This document shows positions 15,261 to 28,711 of a DNA stretch of 64,000 bases, one piece after another. Position numbers and translations under genes: made by a program. The stretch is from the human T2T-CHM13v2.0 reference genome, Homo sapiens, in the NCBI RefSeq assembly GCF_009914755.1, contig NC_060927.1, one strand, 5' to 3'. Numbering within the stretch: the stretch's first letter is position 1; every line of letters starts with the position of its first letter. The notes under the pieces were generated by a model. It searched no databases and was not told where the DNA came from. It saw nothing but the letters and a program-made list of their open reading frames with translations.

Positions 15261-15554
15261 TTTTTTTTTTTTTTTTTTTTTTGAGATAGTGTCTTGCTCT
15301 GTCACCCAGGCTGGATCTGGCGCGATCTCGGCTCACTGAAACTTCCACCTCCCGGGTTCAAGCAATTCTCCCTGCCTCAGCCTCTCAAGTAGCTGGTGCC
15401 CACCACCATGCCTGGCTAACTTTTGTATTTTTTTAGTGGAGACAGGGTTTCGCCATATTGGCCAGGCTGGTCTTGAACTCCTGACTTCAGGTGATCTGCC
15501 TGTCTCAGCCTCCCAAAGTGCTGAGATTACAGGTGTGAGCCACCGCGCCCAGCC
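15261..15554 (-). mobile_element. AluSx/Sz-type SINE
   Basis: Poly(T) followed by an antisense Alu. Near-perfect TSD TATTT[G/A]CTTAC at 15250-15260 and 15555-15565. Confidence 0.95.
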
Positions 15555-15994
15555 TATTTACTTACATATTGATAAAGTGATTGACTCAACATCCAGAGTT
15601 TCGCTTCTGGGGTCTAAGATAGAACTCTCTATCTGTCCTCGTTCTCAGCACAGATCTCCTCTACTGATTGTTCCCATATCTCTTTGCAGCTAAATCCTGG
15701 CATTTAATAAATCCTTTTACAGTTCTCTGTATAGACTTGAATGTAACATTGCAAATTTCTGATTCCTAAAGTGAAAAATGCAAATCATACTCATCACTTT
15801 CAAGTGGATATTGGGGTTATGGGTTTTCAATTTATTTGTAAGATCTCCCTTTTACCAATAGAAGAAAAGATATATCTGAATATATTATACGTTTGGACAA
15901 ATTAGATGAGAAAATACTATACTTACAAGAGCTTTTCCTTAAATATCTCTTTCTGAGTAGGTGTCATACATAAAGTGATAAGCAACTACTTTAT

Positions 15995-16011
15995 TGGCTA
16001 GCAGATGGCAA
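15995..16011 (+). promoter_or_regulatory. Candidate CTCF-like motif
   Basis: TGGCTAGCAGATGGCAA matches the CCASYAGRKGGCRS core at 12/14 with upstream TGG. Motif match only. Confidence 0.35.
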
Positions 16012-16686
16012 GACACAGTGCTAGTTACAGCATCAAAATATAGGTTCCAAGCTGTGTTGCAATGAAATGCCATTTCATGGACAGCAAATGCAAGTAAATT
16101 TGCGTGTTAAGCAACCAAATTCGAAGACCAAAATATTGAGAGTGGAATGGATTTTGTAATTGAGGTTATAACATACAGACTTTACCAGAAATCTTTCACT
16201 TGAATAGGGCACAGCTGCCTCTACATGAAGTCATTTTGGTAGTATGAAAGAGAAAAATTCGGTAAAAGATGTGTGTGCCATTATTTCACATTGAAAACGT
16301 TTTTTATTGTAATACTTTTGAAAGGATTTGCTACTTAAGAAATACGTTATGGTAAACCTGGAGCATGGAGGGCTTGTATATGCTTTTTCTATCGTATTAA
16401 AGTAAAAAGCCATGAGAAAATGCAGTTAAGAAGGGGCGGTGGGTCCTTTAACACACTGACCTCACACTGGCACTTTGACAGAAGCAGTACCTGGGACTTG
16501 CATTTCTTATTGTACAATCTTTTGAAAGCGAATGCTTAAACAAAGCCTCAGAAACAGCAGAAGTGGGAGGTAAAAGAGAGTGCCAATGCCTTCATAAAGC
16601 CCTTTCTACCTGTGCTCATGTCAGATCTACACAACGCCCATATGGGAAGAGCAGAAGTTCACAAACTCAGACGTTAGAATGCTCCA

Positions 16687-16700
16687 CTGCCATCTGGAAG
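16687..16700 (-). promoter_or_regulatory. Candidate CTCF-like motif / E-box
   Basis: Reverse complement CTTCCAGATGGCAG matches the core at 12/14. Motif match only. Confidence 0.25.
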
Positions 16701-17249
16701 CTTTAAGAGTGAGAGGGCCCAACTGGGCTTAAAAGAAGCATCAGACAACTTCTCATAGGAGCCTTTCATCACCAGAAATTGTACAGCTGAGTCTCAATTT
16801 AGATGCAGCCTTTAAAGGGGGACTAACAAAAGACTGAGCAGCGAACATATCATTAGAGTGAAGCTTATCGATAGGTGAAGGAGGCAGTTTCTTCAGAGTG
16901 TGAATTAGAGGGTTTTTAAAGGACTCTTAACCCCAAAATGTCTTTTTCTTGCTCTACACTCATGTCCTACTTTCCTCTTCTCTACTAACACATACATGGG
17001 GTTGCTGAAGTCCCTTGCACAATCATAATTGTTCATGCCTTTATAATTTAACTTTTCTTTCTCCTTGTAATGCCATTTTTCCTTTTTCTCATTTGATATC
17101 CATCCCGCTTATTATTTAAATTTTTATTTCTACATAATCTACTATAGGACTGTTTTCATGATAATCATACTGTCTTCAATATCCTGCCTCCATCTTTAAC
17201 TTTCTTCCTTTTCCACAAAATACTAGAGAGAGATTTTTGTAGTTTCTCC

Positions 17250-17820
17250 TTCCTAATATTACACTTTTTAATCTTCACACTCTTCCATTCAAAGGAAAAT
17301 ATGCCTCAAAGCAAATCTCTAGATGGTCAATGATTTTATCTTCAACTATCTCTAAGGAGATGCTTTTCTCCTAGATGGCCCTCTCCCTCTCCTATTTCTT
17401 TAAATTCCCCTCCCTACTAACAATTCTTTCCAGCATATATAAACAAGTAAATCACTCCTATCTTAAAACAAAACAGATCTCTCTGTTGATTTCCATACTC
17501 ATTTAGCTTTTAGGCAGTGCTCTTCTATCTTCTAAGATAAGATTATTGATTTTACAAAAAGGCCTACACCAATTCTGTATGTCACATTTACTAAAATCCT
17601 GCTTCTGCCCTCTTTCTCTTGTGAAGCTCAATACAATTGATAGTTTCTATGGTCTGCAAAGTTTCTGCATATTGGACACACACCATAAAATATATGGTAG
17701 TTGAAGCCTACTTTGATTCACTTCCAAAGATCCTATAAATTCCAGTGTCCCTCTCTACCTCTGATTACATTTTATTAAATGTTTTTGTGTCTCTTCCACT
17801 AAGCCTTTAGGTTGATAAAG
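17250..17820 (+). mobile_element. L2 LINE fragment (approximate)
   Basis: Pyrimidine-rich L2-like tract including CAGCATATATAAACAAGT..CTCCTATCTTAAAACAAAAC. Confidence 0.45.
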
Positions 17821-19799
17821 AAATCATGTTTTGATCTTATTTTTATCCTTCTTAATTGTAGAGTAGGGTATTTAAAATTGGATGAGGATTTTTTAGGAGG
17901 CAGTGGTCACCCAGAGGTATGGAAAGATAAATGAGAAAAGGTAGGTACATGTGTGCATTTGGAAGTGACGGAACAACTAAACCCAATCTACACCAAATGT
18001 TGTGCAAAGATATTTCCAAGTGAAATAATACATTTGGAGGTCTCAGTGCATTGTTATCACATCCTCATGACCATTGCTCTCATGAGCTCTTTAAAAAATT
18101 TATTGTTTTGCTTGTCACCCTATGAAGTCCTATGATTAAACAGGAATGGATCCATCAGATATGTATTAAGTGAAAAATAAGAGGAGAATATCTGGGTAGG
18201 CACAGTTGTGCATCAGAGGCCCCACATCCAGAGTCTATTCACTAAATCTTCCCTTTTCATGTACGCATCAAACAGAAATGCATATCTAAATTAAATTTCA
18301 TTCAAATTAAATAGACTCTCAGGTTATTCAGGTACCCACTGGAAAAATGTTGTCAGTAAACAGAACATTTCAACGTCCTTATAGTTTTTCTTTGTTCTCC
18401 CTTCTTTTCTGAGCCCAGGGAGAGCCAGGTGAGATTGAGATTTGGTTCTTGTTCCCACTCTGTGCTCATTTTCCAAAACTGTACTCTTTGTCTGCTATTA
18501 AAAAAATGCAAAATAAGGGAATCTTATGGCCACTCTGGAAGGCTCTTTGAGTTAACAGATGTGGCACTTCGGGTCCTCCAAGATGTTAATGCCCAGATTA
18601 GATGTACAAGAGAATTCCTCAGAGAGGCATCTGTGATGGATAAACCATCCAGTGTGATGATCTGAAAAATAATGAACATACATATATGTGAAATTTTAAC
18701 CTAACACCCCGAGAAATAATTCCATTATTCCATACATGAATGTATAATTTGAAGAAGGGGAAGATTAAAAAAGAGAAAAAGAGTAAGGAGCACTAAAAAT
18801 GTGGCTGAGGAATAAAGAATGGTGAAAATTGAAAGACATCTTTTGTCCTCCAAGTTGAAATGTACCTTTTCCATTTCTGTAACATTTAACACACTTTGAT
18901 TCCTCTTAAATGAATTTTATCTGTGTATATTTCTTAATCTTCCTGGCACATCACAGCTACTTAGCAGAAGCAATGGGATCTTATCAAAATTTGGATTCCC
19001 TATAATACTTAGCAGAGCATTTTAATTTAATTGAATAGAAATATTGGAATGAAAGAATGAAACATGTCAGTTGATATCAAACATCACAGGAGTATTAAAT
19101 CACTTAAAGTAAAATAATACATGATGATCTTTAGGCAGGTTTTTGTATTATGATACAGAAAGAACAGGTGCAGAAATTACACAAGGAAGGGCTAACATAA
19201 TGTATACATTTGGAGTGTCTGTTATGTCTCTAGTATCCTTCTTAACTAGACTCTCTAACCACACCTTCAATTTAACAGGTGCAGGTCACAGCAGCCTTAT
19301 TTTTTCAGGATGACCAAAATCCATAGTTACAATTGGCAGGACCTCGCTCATCCTTCTCAAATTAAAATTTCTTCTGTTAGAAGAGGGCCTGAGAAATAAT
19401 CAGGTATCTCATGTTTCTGAGCCCAGGGCATGCACCATCAGAGCTTACCAGCCATGTTTAGCTGTACATACTATGAATAGAGAAAATCTATCTGTAAGGA
19501 TATAATAGAAACCCAGAGATGAGTAGATAGTGGCAGAGAAGAGACACAAAATATATTACCAAGGACCCCATTGGCTTTTCACTTAATTTTTGACCCTAAA
19601 TTTCGAGAGTTATGTCTACATCATTACAATACAGTATTCTTTCTTTCTTTTTAGGGTTTTAAGTTGGCTTCTGTTACTTATAAACAAGGCAAGTATACTC
19701 ACTCAGGTAATGAAGAGGCTTGCTAGGTCGTTGCTTAATAAATTATTATTCTGTTTTACCTCTAACTGGTGGCATGGTCTACATATTTACATATTATAA

Positions 19800-20169
<370 letters not shown>

Positions 20170-20467
20170 TTCTTTTTTTCTTTTTATTATGTATTTATTT
20201 ATTTTTGAGACAGACTCCTGCTCTTTTACCGAGGCTGGAGTGGAGTGGCACAATCTTGGCTCATTGCAACCTCCACTTTCTGGGCTCAAGTGATTCTCCT
20301 GCCTCAGCCTCCTGAGTAGCTGAGACTATAGTTGTGATTTTTTTGTAGAGACAGTGTTTCACCGTGTTATCTAGGCTGGTCATGAACTCCCAAGCTCAAA
20401 GTGATCTGTTCGCCTCCGACTCTCAAAGTGCTGGGATGATTACAGGCAAAAGCCACCATGCCTGGCC
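20170..20467 (-). mobile_element. AluJ-type SINE with internal deletion
   Basis: Antisense Alu with GGGCTCAAGTGAT. The linker region is shortened (GAGACTATAGTTGTGATTTTTTTGTAGAG). Confidence 0.9.
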
Positions 20468-21534
20468 ACATTCGTTTTGTTAACGTCAACAATTCAGGTT
20501 GGTTACGTGAAGTGGAAAAGAATAGTTGGCAAAATTAAGTGGAGAATAATATTTTTCTTATTATTTATCATAAAATTTTTAAACAAGGAGGACTGATACA
20601 AAAACAAAGAGAACTAGAATAATATGTACTACTTCATGGAATACTTTGCTAATTATGTAAAAGAACTTATAGCCACAGTTTTTCTTCTTGTTCAGTTTCA
20701 GTTTAAACATTAGTATTTGGTTAAATGCTAGAAATTAGATGTTTGCTTTAGCTCCAAACCTTGCCTAGCCTGTCTACTCAACCCTATTATCAATAATATA
20801 TATTGATTTACACAGTACTTTTATTTAATACGATTGAAACCCATTCACAGAATTAAAGGCTATATGCAAAGGCATAATGCAATCGCTACTTGGTTTACTG
20901 CTGAACTGTCTTTCTCGTAGAAAACAGCAACTAACATAATGGAGAAGTGCTCTTCAACAAATTAGAAGCAAATAAATAGCTCATTCAATTATAGAAAAAG
21001 GTGAAATTTAGGTATAATGAATGTAATATTTGAGATGAGGCATTTGGCAGGGTACTTCAGAAACACAATGGAACTGAGTAATGATAGTATTCTCATAGAC
21101 AGAATACAAAAAGACTGCTGCTGAAATTCCTTTTGGCTCACAGGTGAAAGATAATTTTGGTGGATATACAATTACAGAAAAGGAAATGTCCCCACATCAG
21201 CATGACAGGAAGACAGCCAGGTGCCTTTTTCAGTCTATAAGAAGATTAGAATATTAAGAATGTGGCATAGCATAACAAGATTTTTTGTTTATTTTGTTTT
21301 GCTTTTTTGTTTTCTTTTTTACTTTTATTTTTTGTTTTCTTAATATTTCACTTCCTTTCTAAAACTTCTCCCCTACCTTCTGGTCTTTATTATTCATTTC
21401 TTCTGGTTCTCCAACTCCTTTCTTCTAACAATTTTTTAAAAAAATTTTAAGTGCAGCTATTTTTAGGCAGTGGTTAGCTGTCCAGTTAATTAATTCAATT
21501 TACACCATGACACAAAATACTGCTAAGCATTTCT

Positions 21535-22075
21535 CCCTCCATTTATTCCTTTAGCAATCAATTACTAAATTTCTACCATATGCCTGCCACTGGGAGTTAC
21601 TGAGACTCAGAATCTGGCCCTTTGTGTAGATCCCAAGGGCAAGTATGGAAAAGAAAACCTGCTCTGAACTATTGGTTGTCTTGTTAGATGTATTCACATG
21701 TTAAGCAAATATGTAAATTGGACTGTAGTTAATTCTAGCAGGGAGTAGAGGTCAGAACATTTGATTCTTAAAACTGTAAAGAGGAATCTGATGCCTGTGT
21801 AGAGGGAGGAGTACATTCTACATAAAAAGAATATTTGAACCCAATTTTGGAGATAGCAAACACTCTAAGATTGTTGGCAAATAATTTACTTTGGCTTAAG
21901 CCTAGAGCGTGCAAACAGGGTTAAATTATATATATAAAATTATATAGAGAGAGACATTACAGAGAGAGAACATTGTTTAATCTCAGAAGATTTTGTATAA
22001 CATGAAAATGTATTTCAACTTTACACTCCAGGCAAAAGAAACTATGACAGATTTTTAAGCCTTGGAGCAGAAACA
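21535..22075 (-). mobile_element. L2 LINE fragment
   Basis: CATTTATTCCTTTAGCAATCAATTACTAAATTTCTACCATATGCCTGCCACTG is an antisense L2 3' end. Confidence 0.55.
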
Positions 22076-22485
22076 CAGAGTATATATGCAGAGTATGATT
22101 TATACTGGGGAGTCATGGAAGACACCTTTAGGAAAGTGATCTTCTAGAAGAGAATTACCAAAAAAGGCAAAAGTATGACTTCCACAGAAATATGTATGTA
22201 TTTAAAAAAAAAAAACACATGTTAAAGATTTTTAAGTCATAAGAGATGTTTTGCAGATGTTATAACTGAGTGAGAGACAATATACAAATGGACAATGGCC
22301 AGATCATATATAACAATGGTACGCTGATTCATGACTTCCGCAGCAACCAGTCCAGGAATTTAAACTACAGTCTCTATAGAGATCAGCCCAAAAGGGTTCA
22401 GGGCTTGATCAATTACTGGCATCTTCCCTAATTTCAACCCTTGCTTTTAATTCAAGGTCAACTGGATAAAGTCAAATATGCTTCC

Positions 22486-22846
22486 AGCTATGGTCAGAAT
22501 GTTTGTATCCCTCTAAAATCCATATGTTGAAACCTAGTATCCAATATAATAGTAGTAAGGCATGGAGCCTCTTGAAAAGTGATTAAATCATGAGGACTCC
22601 TACTTCATGAATGGAATTAGTGCCCTTATAAAAGTGGTTAAAGGGAGGGCCCTAGTCCCATCCACCCCTCCACCAAGCGAGAACACAGAAGTAGCCATTT
22701 TTGAAATAGAGAGCCCTCACCGTATATCAAGTCTGCTGGTGCCTTGGTCTTGGATTTTTCAGCCTCCAGAATTGTGAGCAATACATTTCTGTTATTTATA
22801 AAATAGTCTGCAGTATTTTTTACAGCAGTCTGAACAGACTAAGATA
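22486..22846 (+). mobile_element. MLT1A0/MSTD-like MaLR solo LTR nested in the proviral 5' LTR
   Basis: (T>A)GCTATGGTCAGAATGTTTGT start and AGACTAAGATA end. Perfect TSD CTTCC at 22481-22485 and 22847-22851. Confidence 0.92.
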
Positions 22847-23085
22847 CTTCCCAAACCAATCGATAAAATGTTCCTACTTCTTGGTAGCCAGCCTTCATCT
22901 TCCCTTTGCCTACACTTCACCCACCAATCAGAGAATACCTGAGTTTTCCCACCTCCCCTGCTTGCATTAAAGTCTCTTCCAAAAGCAGGTAATGGTGTCT
23001 GACTCTGCTATAACAAGCTCTGAATAGTTTCTGTTCTAATTTGTTCCTTTGTGCTTTGTGCCTTTGTTCATTTCCACAGTTTTCT

Positions 23086-23103
23086 TGGAAATTCCACCAA
23101 CAT
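23086..23103 (+). other. Retroviral primer-binding site, tRNA-Gln type (degenerate)
   Basis: TGGAAATTCCACCAACAT matches TGGAGGTTCCACCGAGAT at 14/18, with 7 nt between it and the LTR terminal CA. Confidence 0.7.
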
Positions 23104-23615
23104 ATAATCGCACTGCTGTCACTATAGAACCCAGCCTTTGACCACGTCTGGTACCCACAAAGTCCTCTTGTGTCTTCCTACTCATGGCTTGTTAAGTCCA
23201 TGTCAATTTAGTAAGTCAGCATTGAGTCTAAACTCCTTTCTTTGCATTGAGTTCTTTACTACTTAGTCTCAGTTTTAGTACCTCAGTTTTGCCATCAGTT
23301 TTCATTTTTGTTTTGACATCCTTGCTGGAATGAGATCATTCTTTGTCATCCAGTTTTGTTCTCATGCTTTCTTTTGTGTTGTACCATCTAAAAGTGTTGT
23401 TTGACATAAGAAGGAAAATCCCAGAGTAGATAACAAGCATAGAGACTATAACCTATTGCATAGGCTGGCTTCACAGACTGGTGAGTTTGGGGTTTTCATT
23501 TGGACAAATTTTGCTGTGGATCACTAGTAAAACAAGATGAAATTTTCCTATAATCTTGATTTTCTTGTTGTTGGAAAAAGTTGGCTTTGATCCAGAGAGA
23601 GCATTCTCTCTGGTT

Positions 23616-23665
23616 TTCTACCTGCCAGGAGAGGAAAGATTTCTACCTGCCAGGAGAGGAAAGAT
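23616..23665. repeat. Perfect 25-bp tandem duplication
   Basis: TTCTACCTGCCAGGAGAGGAAAGAT occurs twice in tandem. Confidence 0.97.
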
Positions 23666-24022
23666 TGTAGGCTGTACTTTTGGAGGCAGCTGATCATCAG
23701 ATTGAGTGAAGAAAACTCAAAAACCAAAATGTCACATTCCTATTAACTGTTTCCAGGTCTCATCAGGCCATGAAGTTTAAATCCTCTCTTCCTCCAGGAA
23801 AAAAGATGTTCTGATTTTTTAATATATATTCCTATAAACCTAGTCCTTACATGTATTTCTTTAAATGGCATAACTCCACCAAAGATGGTTTTGATCCTCA
23901 GTGATCACTCTGGGGAACATTGGCATAAAAACAATTATTCATTTGAGACATACCTTAGCAAAGAAAGGGAATTACATCAGCCCCAATGGACAGCATTTTT
24001 TTGACTGAAGGGCATAAGCCCC

Positions 24023-24395
24023 TGCTTTAGTTCTGCTGCATAACAAAGTACCACAGACAGGGTAATTTTTATAAAGAAGGGAAATTTTTATATTTCATGA
24101 GGCTGGAAGTCCAAGAACATGGTGTCAGCATCTGACAAATGTCATACCATGGCTGAAGTGGAAAAAGTAGAAGTGAGCATGTGAAACACAGAGAGGCACC
24201 AGGTGCTGGACTCAATTTGTAAGAACTCACTCTTGTGATAATGAACCTATTCCTATGATAACAACCTTAATCATTCATACAGAAGGACTCTACCCTCATG
24301 AGCCAATCATCTCCTATTAGGTCCCACATCCCAACCCTGTTGCATTGGAAATTAAATTTCTAACCCATAAGCTTCTGGGAAACACATTCCAACAA
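24023..24395 (-). mobile_element. MST (MSTB/C-like) MaLR LTR nested in gag
   Basis: CTGCTGCATAACAAAGTACCACAGAC..GGCTGGAAGTCCAAG..CCCTCATGAGCCAATCATCTCC..GGAAACACATTC. Confidence 0.85.
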
Positions 24396-24993
24396 ACAAA
24401 ATTCTGAATCAAAAGTTGCTTCACTAAATGATTCTTTACTCGAAGATAATGAAAATTTCATAAACAGTAGACTTTTTTTTTTTTTACTGAATCCTTTCTC
24501 TCATTTTCTTCGAGTTTCCTTCCCTACATCCAATTATTCTGCCTTCCCCTTATCTTTTCAATCCCTCTCCTTCCATCACCTCCTCCCTCTTTTTTGTCTT
24601 CTCTAGATCTCTCTCTCTTTTTTTTTTTTTTTTGCCAATGACTCTCTTCTGACCCAAAATGCCAGTGGCTCTGAAGACCCATTTTTTCCATCAGCCAGGT
24701 GTGCAGCCAACTGTAGAATTTAAACCTTAGACCCAAGATGTATTAAGGGAGATGATAAGAATTTCCATAAACCGAGATAAGACCAACAATTATTTATGGA
24801 AGAACCTATAATTATTTTGATGCATATAATCTAGGGTTACACAACCTACCTTTCTTGTGCACATGTTGATCAGAACGTCGGATGCAAGATTCTAGATAAC
24901 AAAAGCCAGTTAAACTGACCGTGGTCCCTGAAGGGACCTATAGGAACTTTTTTTCTCCATGAAAAAAGGCCCCCCAATTGGTCAAAGTCTTTC

Positions 24994-25162
24994 CTTTTAT
25001 TTATTTATTTATATTGAGACAGAGTCTCACTCTGTCGCCCAGGCTGCAGTGCAGTGGCACAATCTAGGCTCACTGCAACCTCCGCTCCCTGGGTTCAAGT
25101 GATTCTCTTGCCTCAGCCTCCGGAGTAGCTGGGATTATAGGCGTCTGCCACCACGCCCGGTC
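24994..25162 (-). mobile_element. Alu right arm only (5'-truncated AluS/Y)
   Basis: Antisense right monomer with TSD AGTCTTTC at 24986-24993 and 25163-25170. Confidence 0.92.
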
Positions 25163-25615
25163 AGTCTTTCAAAAGCCATACTTGAAACCTTCCATTACTA
25201 ATTAATTGGACCATAAATGAGTCATGAAAACAGGAAAAAAAATATGAAGCTATTTCTTTTTTAGGATAGACTAGAAGATACCTCCCAACGACATTCAATA
25301 ATTAAAGAAGGTACTGATATAACAGCAGCCTTTTCATATAATTTTGTCCTTGAAGTTAAATGGGAAATTGATTATCTAATTCTAAAAGACTGAGTAGAGT
25401 GGAAAATAGTCCATTTACCTGAACTGCAACACCTGGCAGAACATTTTGAAACGACTTTAAAGCAAAAAGAAGTCATGACCCAAGGTAGACAGGTGGCCCT
25501 GCAGACCAAAAAGCTACAGAATTAATTCTTCTAATAAAGAAACCAAATAGATGAAGACGTTTATTTATTCAAGTCTTCAGGTCCATCTGCAAAACTGTTA
25601 TTCTTCTAAGCAGTA

Positions 25616-26700
25616 CCTAACCCAAATACCACCCTGTCATAAATTTCACATAAAGCTACCTGCTTCATTGTAATGTTTCTTTACCCTGCCTTTTTCCGTG
25701 TGCCTCTAGATCAGAAGTTAATACCTTTATGCCTATACCTGGGGAAGATGCCTAGCAGTCATTCCCCAGGGGGTCACCGAAGTTCTCTCCTATTTTTCTC
25801 ACACCCTCATTCAAGATTTAAAAGATAGATTTCTGCTGTGATTCAGTTTTGATACAATATGTAGAATATTTCCTACTTTATTTAGAGAATAAGAAAATCT
25901 TTAAAAACATCTATGCTTGCTCTTAGCAATGGCAGAAAGTGACATAAAGTTTCAAAATATACATTACAATTTTGCTGAAATACTCTGCATTAGGAAATAA
26001 CCTACCTAAGGAGGGAAAGCCACTCTCTGATGACAAACTAAAGACTATGTAGGCTTATCCTAGATTCATTACAAAATGAAAATTGGGATTATTTCTAGGT
26101 TTAACTGAATATCGCAGACAATGGGAGCAAATTATTCTGAGATTATAATAGCTCTTTATAAGTTGACAAAGTCCTCAATAAGAAACCGAGTTCTGTGGGG
26201 GCCCAAACATGAACAAGTCTTCTGAAACTTGAAAAAGACTCTTCAACAAACTCCTTCCTTGGTATCACTAACTACGCATGAGTGACCTGGACAAACCGTG
26301 GAATTTTAACTAAACTTTATGGGGACCATTAAAAACCTATCACTTATTATATCCTCACCCTTGACCTGTGGGAAAGGCTTATACCTTTTGTCTTAGGGTA
26401 ATAGCTGACACTGAATAACAATGTTTCTGTTAAACTATGTCTAAGTTCCCTGTTTGACCTTATGGCCCTACATGCAGTATTGACATTACTACTGATTGAA
26501 ACACAAACTTTTTCAGCCAGTTTATTAATCCGTTGAGATTATGTTATTCTCTCTCTCCCATTACTGTTAATCACTGGAGTACCCTGAATCTTGCTACTTT
26601 CTTGCTCATAGCAGAATAAGGAGAGCTTTGTGATTGTGATATCCTAAATAGGAAAATTTCTCTACTTTGCTCAGAATTACTAGAGACCACTATTCAGTTT
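25616..26700 (+). pseudogene. pol: ERV pol remnant (RT plus connection domain)
   Basis: Manual translation across frames gives PNPNTTLS*I..CFIVMFLYPAFFRVPLD, AYTWG, VIPQGVTE, SVLIQYVEYFLL (YVDD position, 25855-25869), LFLGLTEYRRQW and LNLATFL. These are gammaretroviral-like RT motifs. Confidence 0.88.
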
Positions 26701-26881
26701 TAAATGCTTCTGCACAACTACTCTCATTAGATGATCACAAGGATGATATAACAACAAAAAGGTCAAGAAAGTCTTGCAATACAGTTGACTAGAGAGATGA
26801 CTGAACAATCCATGTATGGTGAAAATCTAGGGATGCAGCCTTCCCTGAATTCATCAATCTCTCTCAAGTTAGAGAGTGACC

Positions 26882-26891
26882 AAAAAGGGGG
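26882..26891 (+). other. Polypurine tract before the 3' LTR
   Basis: AAAAAGGGGG lies 3 nt upstream of TGAGTG at 26895. Confidence 0.8.
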
Positions 26892-28385
26892 TATTGAGTG
26901 GATGAATATACAGACAATGGCCAGATCATATATGACAATAGAACTTTCACCTGTAAACTCTGCAGCAACCAGCAAAGGTAGTCAATCAATATGCCTTCAG
27001 GACAGTCAGGACTCAGTCAATGACTGCCAGCTTCTCTAATTTCTGCCACTGCTTTCAACTCAGGACCAACTCGAAAAAATCAATTAAGTTCCCCCAAACC
27101 AATCACAAAACATAACCCAGTTTAGGTTAGCTCATTTCCACTTTTTATCTGCCAAAAATCTCCATGTGCACATACTGGAAATCTTTTCTTTTTTCATTGC
27201 AAAGTTTCCTGAAACCCCTCCTTGCTTTTAAGTTTCTGCCAAATGAAGCAATAGTTTGTATGGTAGCACAGACTGGTCCTAAGTACCATTTAGATACACT
27301 TTTTAGTTTTGAGAAGAAAAAACTAGGCATGGGACAGGAATCAGTAATGGATACTTTTCAACAACCAATGAATTAACCTTGTGACTCCTTAACTTTTATT
27401 TCATCCAGACCTCAACTTCTCAAGCTGCCTGCATCCACGGAAGATGCAAAAACATCTTTTCTCCCTCCTTTGTGTGTTCCATATTACTATCAACAAGCTT
27501 GCTTATTCAGTCCAAATCGAAGCCCTTCATATATTTTTATGAGGCAAGCCAGATTTTACTAATTTTATTTTTTGCAGAAGATAAAACAGACACAGAGGGT
27601 TAATGCAAATAATCTTCTGATGCGGGGTTTAACACAGTACTATGTCAAAGAGCTCTAAGTTATACTTTTTTTAAAAAAAAGTTTTTGTCGATACATAATA
27701 ATTGTACATATTGTACATATTTATGGCGTACATGTAATATTTTGATACATGATGCATGTGTAATAATTAAATCAGGATATTTAGAATATCCATCACCTTG
27801 AACATTTACCATTTCTGTGTGTTGGGAATATTTAAAATCTTCTAGCTATTTGGAAGTTTACAATATATTTTTGCTAACTATAGTAGTCACACTGTGCTAT
27901 CAAACACTAGAATTTATTTTGTCATCTAACTGTTTGTTTGTGCCCATTACCCAAACTCTCTTCATTCCCCCACTCCACACTTTCCAACCTATGATAACTA
28001 TTGCTGTACTCTCTACCTCATGAAATTAATATTTTTAGCCCCACATATGAATGAGAACATGTTATATTTGTGTTTTTGTGCCTAGCTTATTTTGCTTAAC
28101 ATAATGACCTCCACTTTCATCCATGTTACTAGAAATGACAGGATTTCATTATTTTCTATGGCTGAACAGTATTCCATTGGGTATATATACACCAAATTTT
28201 CTTTATCTGTTAATCTGCTGGTGGATACTCAGGTTGATTCCATATCTTGGCTATTAATAGCACTGCAAAAATATGGGAGTGCATGTATTTCTTTGATATA
28301 CTGGTTGCCTTTCCTGTGGATAAATACGTAGTAATGGTATTGCTAGATCGTGTGGTAGTTATATTTTAAGTTTTTTGAAAAATCT

Positions 28386-28711
<326 letters not shown>

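Larger units (their letters stand above)
23770..25480 (+). pseudogene. gag: ERV gag remnant (interrupted by an MST LTR and an Alu arm)
   Basis: Manual translation gives KWHNSTKDGFDPQ*SLWGT (matrix W..TK....WP.WGT), VEFKP* and the MHR-like QEKKYEAISF/RDRLED. Confidence 0.65.
22267..27260 (+). mobile_element. Degenerate ERV1-class provirus with two LTRs (family unresolved, possibly MER89/MER90-like)
   Basis: Homologous LTR starts TGAGTG..ACAATGGCCAGATCATATAT..GCAGCAACCAG at 22267 and 26895. The 5' LTR ends CA at 23078. PBS, gag and pol remnants and a PPT lie between. Confidence 0.88.

Noticed and set aside
18555-18650. Possible short ERVL LTR fragment
   Set aside because: Too short and diverged to assign without a search.
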